This document shows, piece by piece, positions 1 through 8,221 of a stretch of 32,000 nucleotides of DNA; position 1 is the stretch's first letter, and every line of letters begins with the position of its first letter. The notes under the pieces are model-generated. The model made no database searches. It saw only the letters and a program-made list of their open reading frames with translations, and was not told where the DNA came from. Source of the stretch: Gemmata obscuriglobus (GTDB taxonomy: Bacteria; Planctomycetota; Planctomycetia; Gemmatales; Gemmataceae); the NCBI RefSeq assembly GCF_008065095.1, contig NZ_CP042911.1, forward strand, positions 2,220,001 to 2,252,000, given 5' to 3'. Position numbers and translations under genes: made by a program.

Positions 1-1
1 T

Positions 2-946
2 TCGGCGTTCACGCTGATCGAGCTGCTGGTGGTGATCGCGATTATTGCCATACTCATCGGCCTCCTGCTGCCGGCCGTTCAGAAGGTCCGGGAGGCGGCG
101 GCCCGGATGAAGTGCAGCAACCACCTCAAGCAGATAAGCTTGGCCGCGCACAACTACCACGACGCTAACCAGAGCTTTCCGCAAACGACTCTCACGGGCA
201 CTACCGTGGCCTCCGGGTACTCGACCTGCTTCGTGGCCCTGCTCCCGTATCTGGAGCAGTCCGCCCTGTACGACGCGCTACGCGCCAAGGCGGTTGCGGC
301 GAACCGGAAGTACGTGGGCGGGGTGGGCGACGGCGGGGCGAACTCGCTCGACGCCACACCGATCCCGCTACTCGTTTGCCCGTCCGACAAGATGCCTAAC
401 CCGGCGGTCGGCCAGGAACCCGGCAGCAACTTCTACCACGGCCTTACCAGCTACCACCCGGTTGCCACCGGCCTGGACAAGTCGAACAGCAAGTGGGGCA
501 CTGATGGCGCGATCCCGAACGCGCGAACGGTCAAGATCCTCGACATTACCGACGGCACGTCGAACACGCTGCTGTTCGGGGAGTGGACGAATTTCGATCC
601 CAACTTTGTGAGCTGGGCGCCGTTCGTGGGCAGCGACTCGCGGTACGAGCTGTGGATCTTCGCGGGCGTCTGGGATTCGAGCAGTTCGGGCTGCCTGGCC
701 ACGGGCGGCCTGCCGTTCAACTACCGGCTGCCCGCGGCGCCGTCCGGGACCACTTTGACCACCGCGCTGAACACGATCCAGCTCCGCGCGCAGGCGTTCG
801 GCAGCAGCCACAGCGGCGGGGCGAACGTGTCCTTTGCGGACGGGTCCGTCCGGTTCATTTCGAACAACATCAACAGCTCCCCGCTGGTTCTGCCGGCGCT
901 CTGTTCGCGGGCCGGTGGCGAGCCCATCGACGCCACGGCGTACTGA
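2..946 (+). CDS. DUF1559 family protein with prepilin-type N-terminal cleavage/methylation helix (H-X9-DG protein), 5'-partial
   Basis: The frame is open from the window edge. It reads SAFTLIELLVVIAIIAILIGLLLPAVQKVREAA, a type IV pilin-like N-terminal helix. The C-terminal HSGGANVSFADG fits H-X9-DG. The true start lies upstream of the window. Confidence 0.9.
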   Translation, partial: SAFTLIELLVVIAIIAILIGLLLPAVQKVREAAARMKCSNHLKQISLAAHNYHDANQSFPQTTLTGTTVASGYSTCFVALLPYLEQSALYDALRAKAVAANRKYVGGVGDGGANSLDATPIPLLVCPSDKMPNPAVGQEPGSNFYHGLTSYHPVATGLDKSNSKWGTDGAIPNARTVKILDITDGTSNTLLFGEWTNFDPNFVSWAPFVGSDSRYELWIFAGVWDSSSSGCLATGGLPFNYRLPAAPSGTTLTTALNTIQLRAQAFGSSHSGGANVSFADGSVRFISNNINSSPLVLPALCSRAGGEPIDATAY

Positions 947-978
947 CCGCACCGCCGCACCCGAGGAGGCATTGAATC

Positions 979-1464
979 GTGCGTCGCTATTATTTTGCTC
1001 CGCTCCTGTTCGCCGCCCTGGCCTGCGGGTGCGAGCGCCAACCGGAGTTCGCACCGGTCGAAGGGACGGTCACCCGAGCCGGGCGGCCGGTCGCCAACAT
1101 CGAAGTCGCTTTTTACGCCGACGAGCCGACACGCGGGCCGCGGTCGACGGCGCTCACCGACGCCAACGGCCGGTACCGGCTGCAAGCCGACACCGGGGCG
1201 GACGGGGCCGTGGTCGGCGCCCACCGGGTGTGCCTGTACGACCGCGATCCCGCGTTCATCATGTCCCTGAACATGGGCACGATCGCCGCGTTCGATAAGG
1301 GGCGGTTACCGCCGGAGCTGGCGGGCAAGCTGCCGACTGGAGCGATCATGCCCGGTAAGGCGCCGGTCTCGCGCGTGCCGGACAAGTACATGCAGCCGTG
1401 GGAATCGCCGTTGCGGGTGGAGGTGAAGTCCGGCCCACAAACCCACGACTTTCAAATCCCATGA
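979..1464 (+). CDS. Small lipoprotein-like protein, carboxypeptidase-regulatory-like beta-sandwich (tentative)
   Basis: GTG at 979 is preceded by GAGGAGG (963-969). The N-terminus MRRYYFAPLLFAALACGC is signal/lipobox-like. The EGTVTRAGRPVANIEV...TDANGRYRL pattern fits the fold. The position directly after a DUF1559 gene is typical for Planctomycetota. Confidence 0.7.
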   Translation: MRRYYFAPLLFAALACGCERQPEFAPVEGTVTRAGRPVANIEVAFYADEPTRGPRSTALTDANGRYRLQADTGADGAVVGAHRVCLYDRDPAFIMSLNMGTIAAFDKGRLPPELAGKLPTGAIMPGKAPVSRVPDKYMQPWESPLRVEVKSGPQTHDFQIP

Positions 1465-2360
1465 CCGCTTTGACCCGTGGGGGCCGCCCCGCCGTGACCC
1501 GGCGCCGGGCGGCCGTGCTCGCCGTCGTTTGTGGGGCCGGCGTGCTGGCTGCGTGGCTGGCATGGCCGGCGCCGGACGGCGGGATCGTGTACGCGGCGCC
1601 GGGCGGAACGCCGCTGACCCTGGAGATCGACTACCCGGCGGGACCGGGGCCGCACCCGGTCGTTCTGTTCGCACCGCACCGCGGCGACTGGGACGGCTCG
1701 TTCAAGCGAGAGGATCGTTGCCGCATTCTGGTGAAGGCCCTCACACGCGCCGGCTACGCGGTCGCGACCATCCACTACCGACTCATCGGCGCGCACCCGT
1801 TCCCGGCCCAGATCAAGGACGGCAAGGCCGCCGTCCGGTGGTTGCGGGCGAACGCCGGGCGCCTGGGGCTGGCGGCCGACCGGGTCGGCGCGATTGGAGT
1901 GTCTGCCGGGGGCTATGGGGTGTGCATGCTCGGCACAACCGGCCCGAACGACGGGTTCGACGACCCCGGCGAGGAGCCGGTTGCTGGCCGTGTACAGGCG
2001 GTCGTCGCCCTCGGCGCGCCGGTCGATTGGACCGGCGGCGAGTGGTCGACGTTCGTTGAGGCGCACTACCTCCGCCCGTTCCTGGGCAAGACGTTTGCCG
2101 AAGACCCCGCTTTGTACGCGCGTGCTTCGCCGGGAGCCTATGCCACTTCAGACGACCCGCCGGTCCTGCTCGTCCACTCGGCCCACGACCAGTTGGTGCC
2201 GGTCGCCCAGGCCCGGACGTTCGCCGCGAAGCTGCGCCGGGCGGGTGTAACTGTTGAACTGGTGGAAGAGGCCGGCGCGGAGCACGTGTGGGGCGGCCCG
2301 CGGTTGGAGCACACGCTCACGTCCGTCGTCAAATTCCTCGACGCGAACCTGCGTCGCTGA
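1461..2360 (+). CDS. Alpha/beta hydrolase (esterase/lipase-like), membrane-anchored or secreted
   Basis: ATG at 1461 overlaps the upstream stop as ATGA (1461-1464). There is an N-terminal hydrophobic segment AAVLAVVCGAGVLAAWLAW. GVSAGG is a G-x-S-x-G nucleophile elbow, and a late HSAHD region is present. The ORF track start at 1398 would overlap the upstream gene by 67 nt, so I disfavour it. Confidence 0.85.
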   Translation: MTALTRGGRPAVTRRRAAVLAVVCGAGVLAAWLAWPAPDGGIVYAAPGGTPLTLEIDYPAGPGPHPVVLFAPHRGDWDGSFKREDRCRILVKALTRAGYAVATIHYRLIGAHPFPAQIKDGKAAVRWLRANAGRLGLAADRVGAIGVSAGGYGVCMLGTTGPNDGFDDPGEEPVAGRVQAVVALGAPVDWTGGEWSTFVEAHYLRPFLGKTFAEDPALYARASPGAYATSDDPPVLLVHSAHDQLVPVAQARTFAAKLRRAGVTVELVEEAGAEHVWGGPRLEHTLTSVVKFLDANLRR

Positions 2361-2559
2361 TCGGGCGCGACCGGTGATGTATGCCGTTCGTGGCGTCGGG
2401 AAGGGAGAGGGCATGATGCGGCAGCCGCGGTGAATTGAAGTAACCGGCGCCCGTCGTCCTTCAGTGTGAACGGCGCGACGGGGAACATGTTCGCGGCTGC
2501 TGGGCTGTTGACCTCGTTATCGAGAACGAGTGATGGTACGCTGGGTGCGGAGGTGAAGC

Positions 2560-3183
2560 ATGTCTACCGCGATTCGGCCGCCGGCTCTCGCAACCACCCC
2601 ACCACCCCGCGGCGGGGCGCATCGCCTTGCGCCGCATCACTGGACGATTGGTGAATACCGCCAGTTGGCTCGCGCCGGGTTATTTCATGACGTGAAGACG
2701 ATGTTGCTGCACGGGGAGTTGTACGTGATGCCCATGCCGAATCCCCCTCACGACATGGCCCTCAACTTGACCTACGAGTTCTTACGTGTTGTTTGTCCTG
2801 CCGGTCACTACGTCCGCAACCAGCAAGGTTTTGACATCGGTACCGACAACGATCCCGGGCCGGATCTGGCTGTCGTACTCGGTTCAATTCGCAGCACGAC
2901 AACGACACCTACCCGTGCGGCCCTGATCGTTGAGGTCGCCGACACGACGCTCTTTACTGACACTACGACGAAAGCTGAGCTGTACGCGACCGCTGGAGTA
3001 CCTGAGTATTGGGTGATCGATCTTGAGCACCGCCAACTGCGCGTGTTTCGTGATCCACAACCGCTGCCTGCTGGGCTCGGAGCCACGGCCTACCGCACGC
3101 ACGCCACGTTCGGTTCGACGGATCACGTCTCGACCCTCTTCGCCCCGACTGTATCGGTGTCGGTGAGCGACCTCTTACCCTGA
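2560..3183 (+). CDS. Uma2 family (DUF820) putative endonuclease
   Basis: ATG at 2560 has GGAGGTG at 2549-2555. Motifs seen: WTIGEYRQLARAGLF, ELYVMPMPNPPH, LIVEVADTTL, KAELYATAGVPEYWVIDL. These are characteristic of Uma2/DUF820 PD-(D/E)XK-like proteins. Confidence 0.85.
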   Translation: MSTAIRPPALATTPPPRGGAHRLAPHHWTIGEYRQLARAGLFHDVKTMLLHGELYVMPMPNPPHDMALNLTYEFLRVVCPAGHYVRNQQGFDIGTDNDPGPDLAVVLGSIRSTTTTPTRAALIVEVADTTLFTDTTTKAELYATAGVPEYWVIDLEHRQLRVFRDPQPLPAGLGATAYRTHATFGSTDHVSTLFAPTVSVSVSDLLP

Positions 3184-3203
3184 GCACTGCTACAATTCGG
3201 TTC

Positions 3204-4166
3204 ATGTCCGCATTCAACAACGCCGTTATCCTGACCGGGCCGACCGCCTGTGGGAAGTCCGCGCTGGCCCTCGACCTCGCCGAGCGCATCGGCGGCGAGA
3301 TCGTCGGGCTCGACTCCATGACCGTCTACCGCGGCATGGACATCGGAACCGCGAAGCCGTCCGCGGCGGAACGGGCGCGGGTCCCGCACCACCTGATCGA
3401 CGTTCTCGACCCGTGGGAGTCGCTGACGGTCGCGTGGTGGCTCGAACGGGCCGAGGCCGCGTGTGCCGACATTACCGCACGGGGGAAGGTGCCGATCTTC
3501 GTCGGCGGCACGCCGTTTTACCTGAAGGCGCTGTTGCACGGGCTGTTCGACGGGCCGCCCGGCGACCCGGAGTTGCGCGCGAAACTCGAGTCCGAGGCCG
3601 TGCAAGAAGGGAACGTCGTGCTTCACGCCCGGCTCGCGGTTGTGGACCCGAAGACCGCCGCGCGCCTGCACCCGAACGATGTGCGGCGCGTGGTTCGCGC
3701 GCTGGAGGTGCATCAACTCACCGGGAAGCCCATTTCCGACTGGCAGCAGACCTGGGACACGCCCGCGTTCGCGGGGGCGTCGCAACCCGCACCGCCCCCG
3801 GTGCGCGTTCCGGCCGTGCGAATCGATCTGCCGCGCGAGACCCTGTACGACCGCATCAACAGACGAGTCCTTCAGATGATCGACGCGGGCTTCCTCGACG
3901 AGGTGAGGCGGCTCCGTGAACTACCGCACCCGCTCAGCCGCGAGGCGAAGCAGGCACTCGGCTACCGCGAACTGCTTCAGTACCTGGATGTCGGCGGCGA
4001 CTGGGACGAGACCGTGGCCCTCATCCAGACCCACACCCGGCAGTTCGCGAAGCGCCAGCTCACGTGGTTCCGCCACCTCCCGGCCTGCGTTCCCGTCCCC
4101 GCGGACGCTCCCGACGCGGCGGACCGCGTGCTGCGCGCCTGGGAAGCCGCTAGAATGGCGTCATGA
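3204..4166 (+). CDS. miaA: tRNA dimethylallyltransferase
   Basis: P-loop LTGPTACGKSALALDLA, then GLDSMTVYRGMDIGTAKPS, and LIDV...PIFVGGTPFYLKALL. Collinear with MiaA over the full length. Confidence 0.95.
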   Translation: MSAFNNAVILTGPTACGKSALALDLAERIGGEIVGLDSMTVYRGMDIGTAKPSAAERARVPHHLIDVLDPWESLTVAWWLERAEAACADITARGKVPIFVGGTPFYLKALLHGLFDGPPGDPELRAKLESEAVQEGNVVLHARLAVVDPKTAARLHPNDVRRVVRALEVHQLTGKPISDWQQTWDTPAFAGASQPAPPPVRVPAVRIDLPRETLYDRINRRVLQMIDAGFLDEVRRLRELPHPLSREAKQALGYRELLQYLDVGGDWDETVALIQTHTRQFAKRQLTWFRHLPACVPVPADAPDAADRVLRAWEAARMAS

Positions 4167-4603
4167 TCCGAGTATCCGTCGCGAACCCGTATGAGTACCC
4201 GCTCGAGTTCCAGCAACTCAAGGACGCCGCGCGCGCCGTGCTGGAGGGCGAGGGCGTGAAAGCCGGCAAGGTTACGCTCGCGTTCGTGGACAACCCGCAC
4301 ATCCACCGGCTCAACAAGCAGTTCCTGAACCACAACGAGCCGACGGACGTGCTGACCTTTCCGTACACCGACCCCGGCGCGAAGTCGCTGGAAGGGGAGG
4401 TGGTCATCGGGTACGAGGTGGCGAAGGAGTACGCCGCCGACCGCAACCACGCGTTCAACCTCGAACTGCTGCTGTACGTCGTCCACGGGTGCCTGCACCT
4501 GACCGGGTACGACGACACCGACGACGACAGCGAACGCGAGATGCGGGCCAAAGAGCGCGAGTACCTCACGAAACTCGGACTGCCGGACATTGCGGGAAAT
4601 TGA
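4163..4603 (+). CDS. ybeY: rRNA maturation RNase YbeY
   Basis: ATG overlaps the miaA stop as ATGA (4163-4166). PTDVLTFP and the zinc-binding HGCLHLTGYDD motif are present. Size is 146 aa. Confidence 0.93.
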   Translation: MIRVSVANPYEYPLEFQQLKDAARAVLEGEGVKAGKVTLAFVDNPHIHRLNKQFLNHNEPTDVLTFPYTDPGAKSLEGEVVIGYEVAKEYAADRNHAFNLELLLYVVHGCLHLTGYDDTDDDSEREMRAKEREYLTKLGLPDIAGN

Positions 4604-4612
4604 AGCCCTCTT

Positions 4613-4706
4613 CACCGCCGAATGCGTGTGAGGGCACGGAGAGACGCCGTAAGAGTATTGACGTTATCTTCTCTTGAATCCCTGCCCTCACACGCATCCG
4701 GCGGTG
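4613..4706. repeat. Long imperfect palindrome: 24-nt arms, 1 mismatch, 46-nt AT-richer loop. Possible terminator or REP-like element.
   Basis: Left arm CACCGCCGAATGCGTGTGAGGGCA (4613-4636). Right arm TGCCCTCACACGCATCCGGCGGTG (4683-4706). A T-run (CATTTTTG) follows within 10 nt. It lies between ybeY and the rhodanese gene. Confidence 0.6.
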
Positions 4707-4728
4707 AGCCCTCATTTTTGAACGGCGC

Positions 4729-5049
4729 ATGATCCCTCAGATCCAACCGACCGACCTGAAACGGGCACTGGACGCGAACATGCCTGTTGTGTTGCTCGAC
4801 GTGCGCCAGCCGGACGAGCACGCGTTCTGCGCGCTGCCGAACAGCCTCTTCATTCCGTTGGGGGAACTGGCGGGGCGGGTGAAAGAGGTGCCGGCCGACG
4901 GGACGCCGGTGGTGGTGTACTGCCACCACGGCGTTCGGAGCCTGACCGGTGCGGCCATCCTCCGCGCCGCCGGCCTTGAAGCGCTCTCGCTGGCCGGTGG
5001 GATCGACCGCTGGTCGCTGTCGGTCGACCCTGCCGTGCCGCGCTACTGA
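4729..5049 (+). CDS. Single-domain rhodanese-like sulfurtransferase
   Basis: 106 aa. VLLDVRQPDEH and the active-site loop VYCHHGVRS (C-x4-R-S type) are present. Confidence 0.85.
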   Translation: MIPQIQPTDLKRALDANMPVVLLDVRQPDEHAFCALPNSLFIPLGELAGRVKEVPADGTPVVVYCHHGVRSLTGAAILRAAGLEALSLAGGIDRWSLSVDPAVPRY

Positions 5050-5070
5050 TCGCAGGAGCGGGCCGCTCGA

Positions 5071-6876
5071 CTACACCGCTTCGGTGTTGCCCTCAGCAGC
5101 CTTTGCGGCGTCTTCGGCTTCTTTCATCCGGAGCATCGCGCGGTTGAACTGGGCCGCAATCGGGATGAACACCACAACGACAACGACCATTGCCCCGCCG
5201 AGCATCGCGAAGTAAGCGCTCGGCGAGAGGTGTTGGTAGAGGCGTGTGATCGGAGCGTTGATCAGCAGGTTGGCCAAGAATACGACCGCCAGCCAGCACC
5301 CGGTGACAAAGCTCTTCATCGTCTTCGGCGCGGCCACGAATGCCAACTCCAAACCGGTCACCGAGATCAGGATTTCGGCGACGGTGATGATCAGGTACGC
5401 GAGCACCTGCCACCACACCGTCACCCGCTCTTCCGGCTTAACCCAGCCGATCGATTCGAGTGTTGCCTTGTCACTGGAGTCCCGCTTGACGGCGGCGATA
5501 TCCTGGTCCGATTTCAGCAGCGGCTCGGCCACTCCGCCCGCGGTTAAGTCGCCGGCATTCGGTACCGCACTCGTTACGAGGTGGCCGCCCGAAACGGTTA
5601 ACACCTGACCGTTTTTCAGCGTGATCGTGCCGTTCGCGAAGCTCAGCTTCTTCTTGCCCTCGTCGAACGCGAAGTCGGTCGCCGACACCGGCACGTCGGT
5701 GCCCACTTTCGCGGTTCCGCTGACCTTGCTCAGGTCGCTGGCGTCGGCTTTTGGCAGCACTAACACTCCTTCGGCCGTGGTAACCTTTAGCATCTCCTGC
5801 TTGGCCCCGGCCAGGGACCCGGCGACGCTCATGATCGCCATGCTCAGGCCGGTGAGGATGAAGCCGAGGGCCAGCTTCTGAGTCGCCTTTATTCCCATAC
5901 CCGCGCGGTCGAGGCTTTTGAACAACAACACGCTGATCGGTACCAGGATAATGATGAACAGCGCGTTGAAGCTTTGGATCGCGTCGGCCGGGGCCGGGAT
6001 CCCGAACAGCGTGCAGTCCATGTAAGTGTCAGCGAAGAAGATCCAGGTGCTCGCGGACTGGTCGAAGATGGCCCAGAAGAACATGACGGTGAGGAACAAC
6101 AGGCCGATGCGGCTGAGCGTTTCCATCTTCAACTTGAAGTCCGCCCGCTTCTCTTCCGGCGTGACCGCCTTGTAGACGACCGGCAGGCCGGTGATCGTTC
6201 GGCCGTCGGGCGGTTGTGTGCCGGGCGCCGTCACCACCTTGCGCTCGATGCGTTCCTTGCCGTAGAACCGCTTACCGAGCGCGAAAATGACCAGCGCCAT
6301 CGCCATTAAACCGGCCGGAAATAGGAACGCGACTTGGTAACCGTACTTGTTCCGCAGCCACGGCATTGCCATCTGCGACAGCCATGCGCCGATGTTGATG
6401 GCCATGTAAAACCAACTGAACGCACTGGTTCTCAACTGGTCCTGGCCGGGCCGCTGCTGGTCGTACGTCAGGCCCATCAGGGTGGATATGTTCGGTTTGA
6501 TCACCCCACTGCCCATCGCGAGCAGTACGAGTGACATGAACACGATGTACTTATCCTCCATGCCGACAAGGAACTGGGCCACCACATAGGGCACCGAGAA
6601 CCCGACGATGGTCCAGTACTTGCCGAGGAAGTTGTCTGCGATGTACCCGCCGAGTAGCGGGAAGAAGTAGCAAGCCGCGATGAACAGTGACATGAACGTG
6701 CCGGCGTCTCCCTCGGCCACGCCCAACTTGTCGATCATGTACTTCGCAAGGATCGCCCGCATCCCGTAGTACGAGCACCGTTCGGCGAATTCGCCCCAGA
6801 AGAAGAACCAGAACCCCGGCGGGTGGCCCGTGGGTGCGTCGGGCGGGACGGAGGCGGATGGCACGGCTGATGACAC
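5071..6876 (-). CDS. POT/PTR2 family proton-dependent oligopeptide transporter with a large TM9-TM10 insertion
   Basis: The PTR2 signature GEFAERCSYYGMRAIL (ExxER..YY) is present, with about 12 hydrophobic segments and a GTG start at 6876. A hydrophilic beta-rich stretch spans about aa 358-486. Confidence 0.92.
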   Translation of the reverse strand: MSSAVPSASVPPDAPTGHPPGFWFFFWGEFAERCSYYGMRAILAKYMIDKLGVAEGDAGTFMSLFIAACYFFPLLGGYIADNFLGKYWTIVGFSVPYVVAQFLVGMEDKYIVFMSLVLLAMGSGVIKPNISTLMGLTYDQQRPGQDQLRTSAFSWFYMAINIGAWLSQMAMPWLRNKYGYQVAFLFPAGLMAMALVIFALGKRFYGKERIERKVVTAPGTQPPDGRTITGLPVVYKAVTPEEKRADFKLKMETLSRIGLLFLTVMFFWAIFDQSASTWIFFADTYMDCTLFGIPAPADAIQSFNALFIIILVPISVLLFKSLDRAGMGIKATQKLALGFILTGLSMAIMSVAGSLAGAKQEMLKVTTAEGVLVLPKADASDLSKVSGTAKVGTDVPVSATDFAFDEGKKKLSFANGTITLKNGQVLTVSGGHLVTSAVPNAGDLTAGGVAEPLLKSDQDIAAVKRDSSDKATLESIGWVKPEERVTVWWQVLAYLIITVAEILISVTGLELAFVAAPKTMKSFVTGCWLAVVFLANLLINAPITRLYQHLSPSAYFAMLGGAMVVVVVVFIPIAAQFNRAMLRMKEAEDAAKAAEGNTEAV

Positions 6877-6976
6877 GTCGGTTGGCCCTTGAGCGAAAGT
6901 TGCGGGGAATTGTGCGGAGAAGTGTAGCGATCTTACCCACCGCGCCCGCGTCCGGCACGCGAATTCTGCTGCCCGC

Positions 6977-7004
6977 TTGCTTGCGCGCCGCGACCGGGTA
7001 CGAT
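6977..7004 (+). promoter_or_regulatory. Candidate sigma70-like promoter for the gluconolactonase-family gene
   Basis: TTGCTT (6977-6982), 16-nt spacer, TACGAT (6999-7004), about 75 nt upstream of ATG 7080. Pattern match only. Confidence 0.25.
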
Positions 7005-7079
7005 GTCCGCGTGCGGGCGCCGCAGCCTCCCTCCAACCTCACCCGCCGTGGCCCGCCGAATCCCGAGAGATCACACTTC

Positions 7080-8117
7080 ATGTTCCGCTCACTCGCCGCC
7101 GTTGCCGCCGCTGCGCTCGTGGCCGTAGCAGTGGGGCCGCGCCCCCCGCTCGTCGGGGCCGAAGAGCCCAAGCTCCCGATGACGCTCGGCTCCATCGACC
7201 GCCGGGACGCCAAACTCGACGCCCTGATCCCGAAGGACGCCCGGATCGAGGTCCTCGCGGGCGGGTTCAAGTGGACCGAGGGGCCGGTGTGGGACAAGAA
7301 GGGCAACGCGCTTCTCTTCACCGACATCCCGAACAACCGCGTCGTCAAGTGGTCGGCGAAGGACGGGGTCAGTGACTTCCTCAAACCGAGCGGGTACACC
7401 GGGAAGGCCGAGTTCAAGGGCCAAGAACCCGGCGCCAACGGGCTGGCGTTCGATAAGGACGGGCACCTGATCCTGTGCCAGCACGGCGACCGCCGCATCG
7501 CCCGACTCAAGGACGGAAAGTTCGAGACGCTCGCGGACAAGTACATGGGCAAGCGGTTCAACAGCCCCAACGACCTCGTGCTCGCGAAGAACGGCGACAT
7601 CTACTTCACCGACCCGCCCTACGGCCTCCCGGAGCAGGTGAAGGACCCGGCGAAGGAACTCGACTTCCAGGGCGTGTACCGGCTCTCGCCCAAGGGTGAG
7701 GTCACGCTGCTGACCAAGGAGATGACTCGCCCCAACGGGGTCGCGCTGGCGCCCGACGAGAAGACGCTGTATGTCGCCAACTCCGATCCCGATAAGGCCG
7801 TCTGGATGGCGTTCCCGATCGGCGCCGACGGCGCGCTCGGCAAAGGCAAGTTGCTCTACGACGCCACCGCGGACGTGAAGGCCGCGCCCAACAAGGGGCT
7901 GCCGGACGGCCTCAAGGTGGACGCGAAGGGGAACATCTTCGCCACCGCGGTCAACGGCGTGTACGTGTTCAGCCCCGAGGGGACGCTGCTGGGTCGGATT
8001 GTGACCAACGACAAGACCGCGAACTGCGGCTGGGGGGACGACGGGACCGTACTGTACCTCGCTACCAACGACAAACTCACCCGCGTGAAGACCATCACCA
8101 AAGGGCTGGGCTGGTGA
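7080..8117 (+). CDS. SMP-30/gluconolactonase/LRE family protein (secreted beta-propeller)
   Basis: I chose ATG 7080 because it gives a signal peptide, MFRSLAAVAAAALVAVAV. Motifs seen: TEGPVWD, LLFTDIPNNRV, PNDLV...GDIYFTDP, PNGVALAPDEKTLYVA, PDGLKVD. The track start at 6834 would overlap the divergent transporter gene. Confidence 0.85.
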   Translation: MFRSLAAVAAAALVAVAVGPRPPLVGAEEPKLPMTLGSIDRRDAKLDALIPKDARIEVLAGGFKWTEGPVWDKKGNALLFTDIPNNRVVKWSAKDGVSDFLKPSGYTGKAEFKGQEPGANGLAFDKDGHLILCQHGDRRIARLKDGKFETLADKYMGKRFNSPNDLVLAKNGDIYFTDPPYGLPEQVKDPAKELDFQGVYRLSPKGEVTLLTKEMTRPNGVALAPDEKTLYVANSDPDKAVWMAFPIGADGALGKGKLLYDATADVKAAPNKGLPDGLKVDAKGNIFATAVNGVYVFSPEGTLLGRIVTNDKTANCGWGDDGTVLYLATNDKLTRVKTITKGLGW

Positions 8118-8186
8118 CAGCGGGGCTCCGTTGTCGAGTCAGTAGTTGTCGTCCGAGCCGCGGTCGCGATTTTGTGGCGGTCGAGA

Positions 8187-8213
8187 ATCCCCGCCGCGAT
8201 CCGCGGCGGGGAT
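8187..8213. terminator. Perfect 12-bp GC-rich hairpin between convergent genes
   Basis: ATCCCCGCCGCG (8187-8198), loop ATC, CGCGGCGGGGAT (8202-8213). It lies between the stop at 8117 (+) and the stop at 8222 (-). There is no clear U-tract. Confidence 0.5.
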
Positions 8214-8221
8214 GGGCGGCA

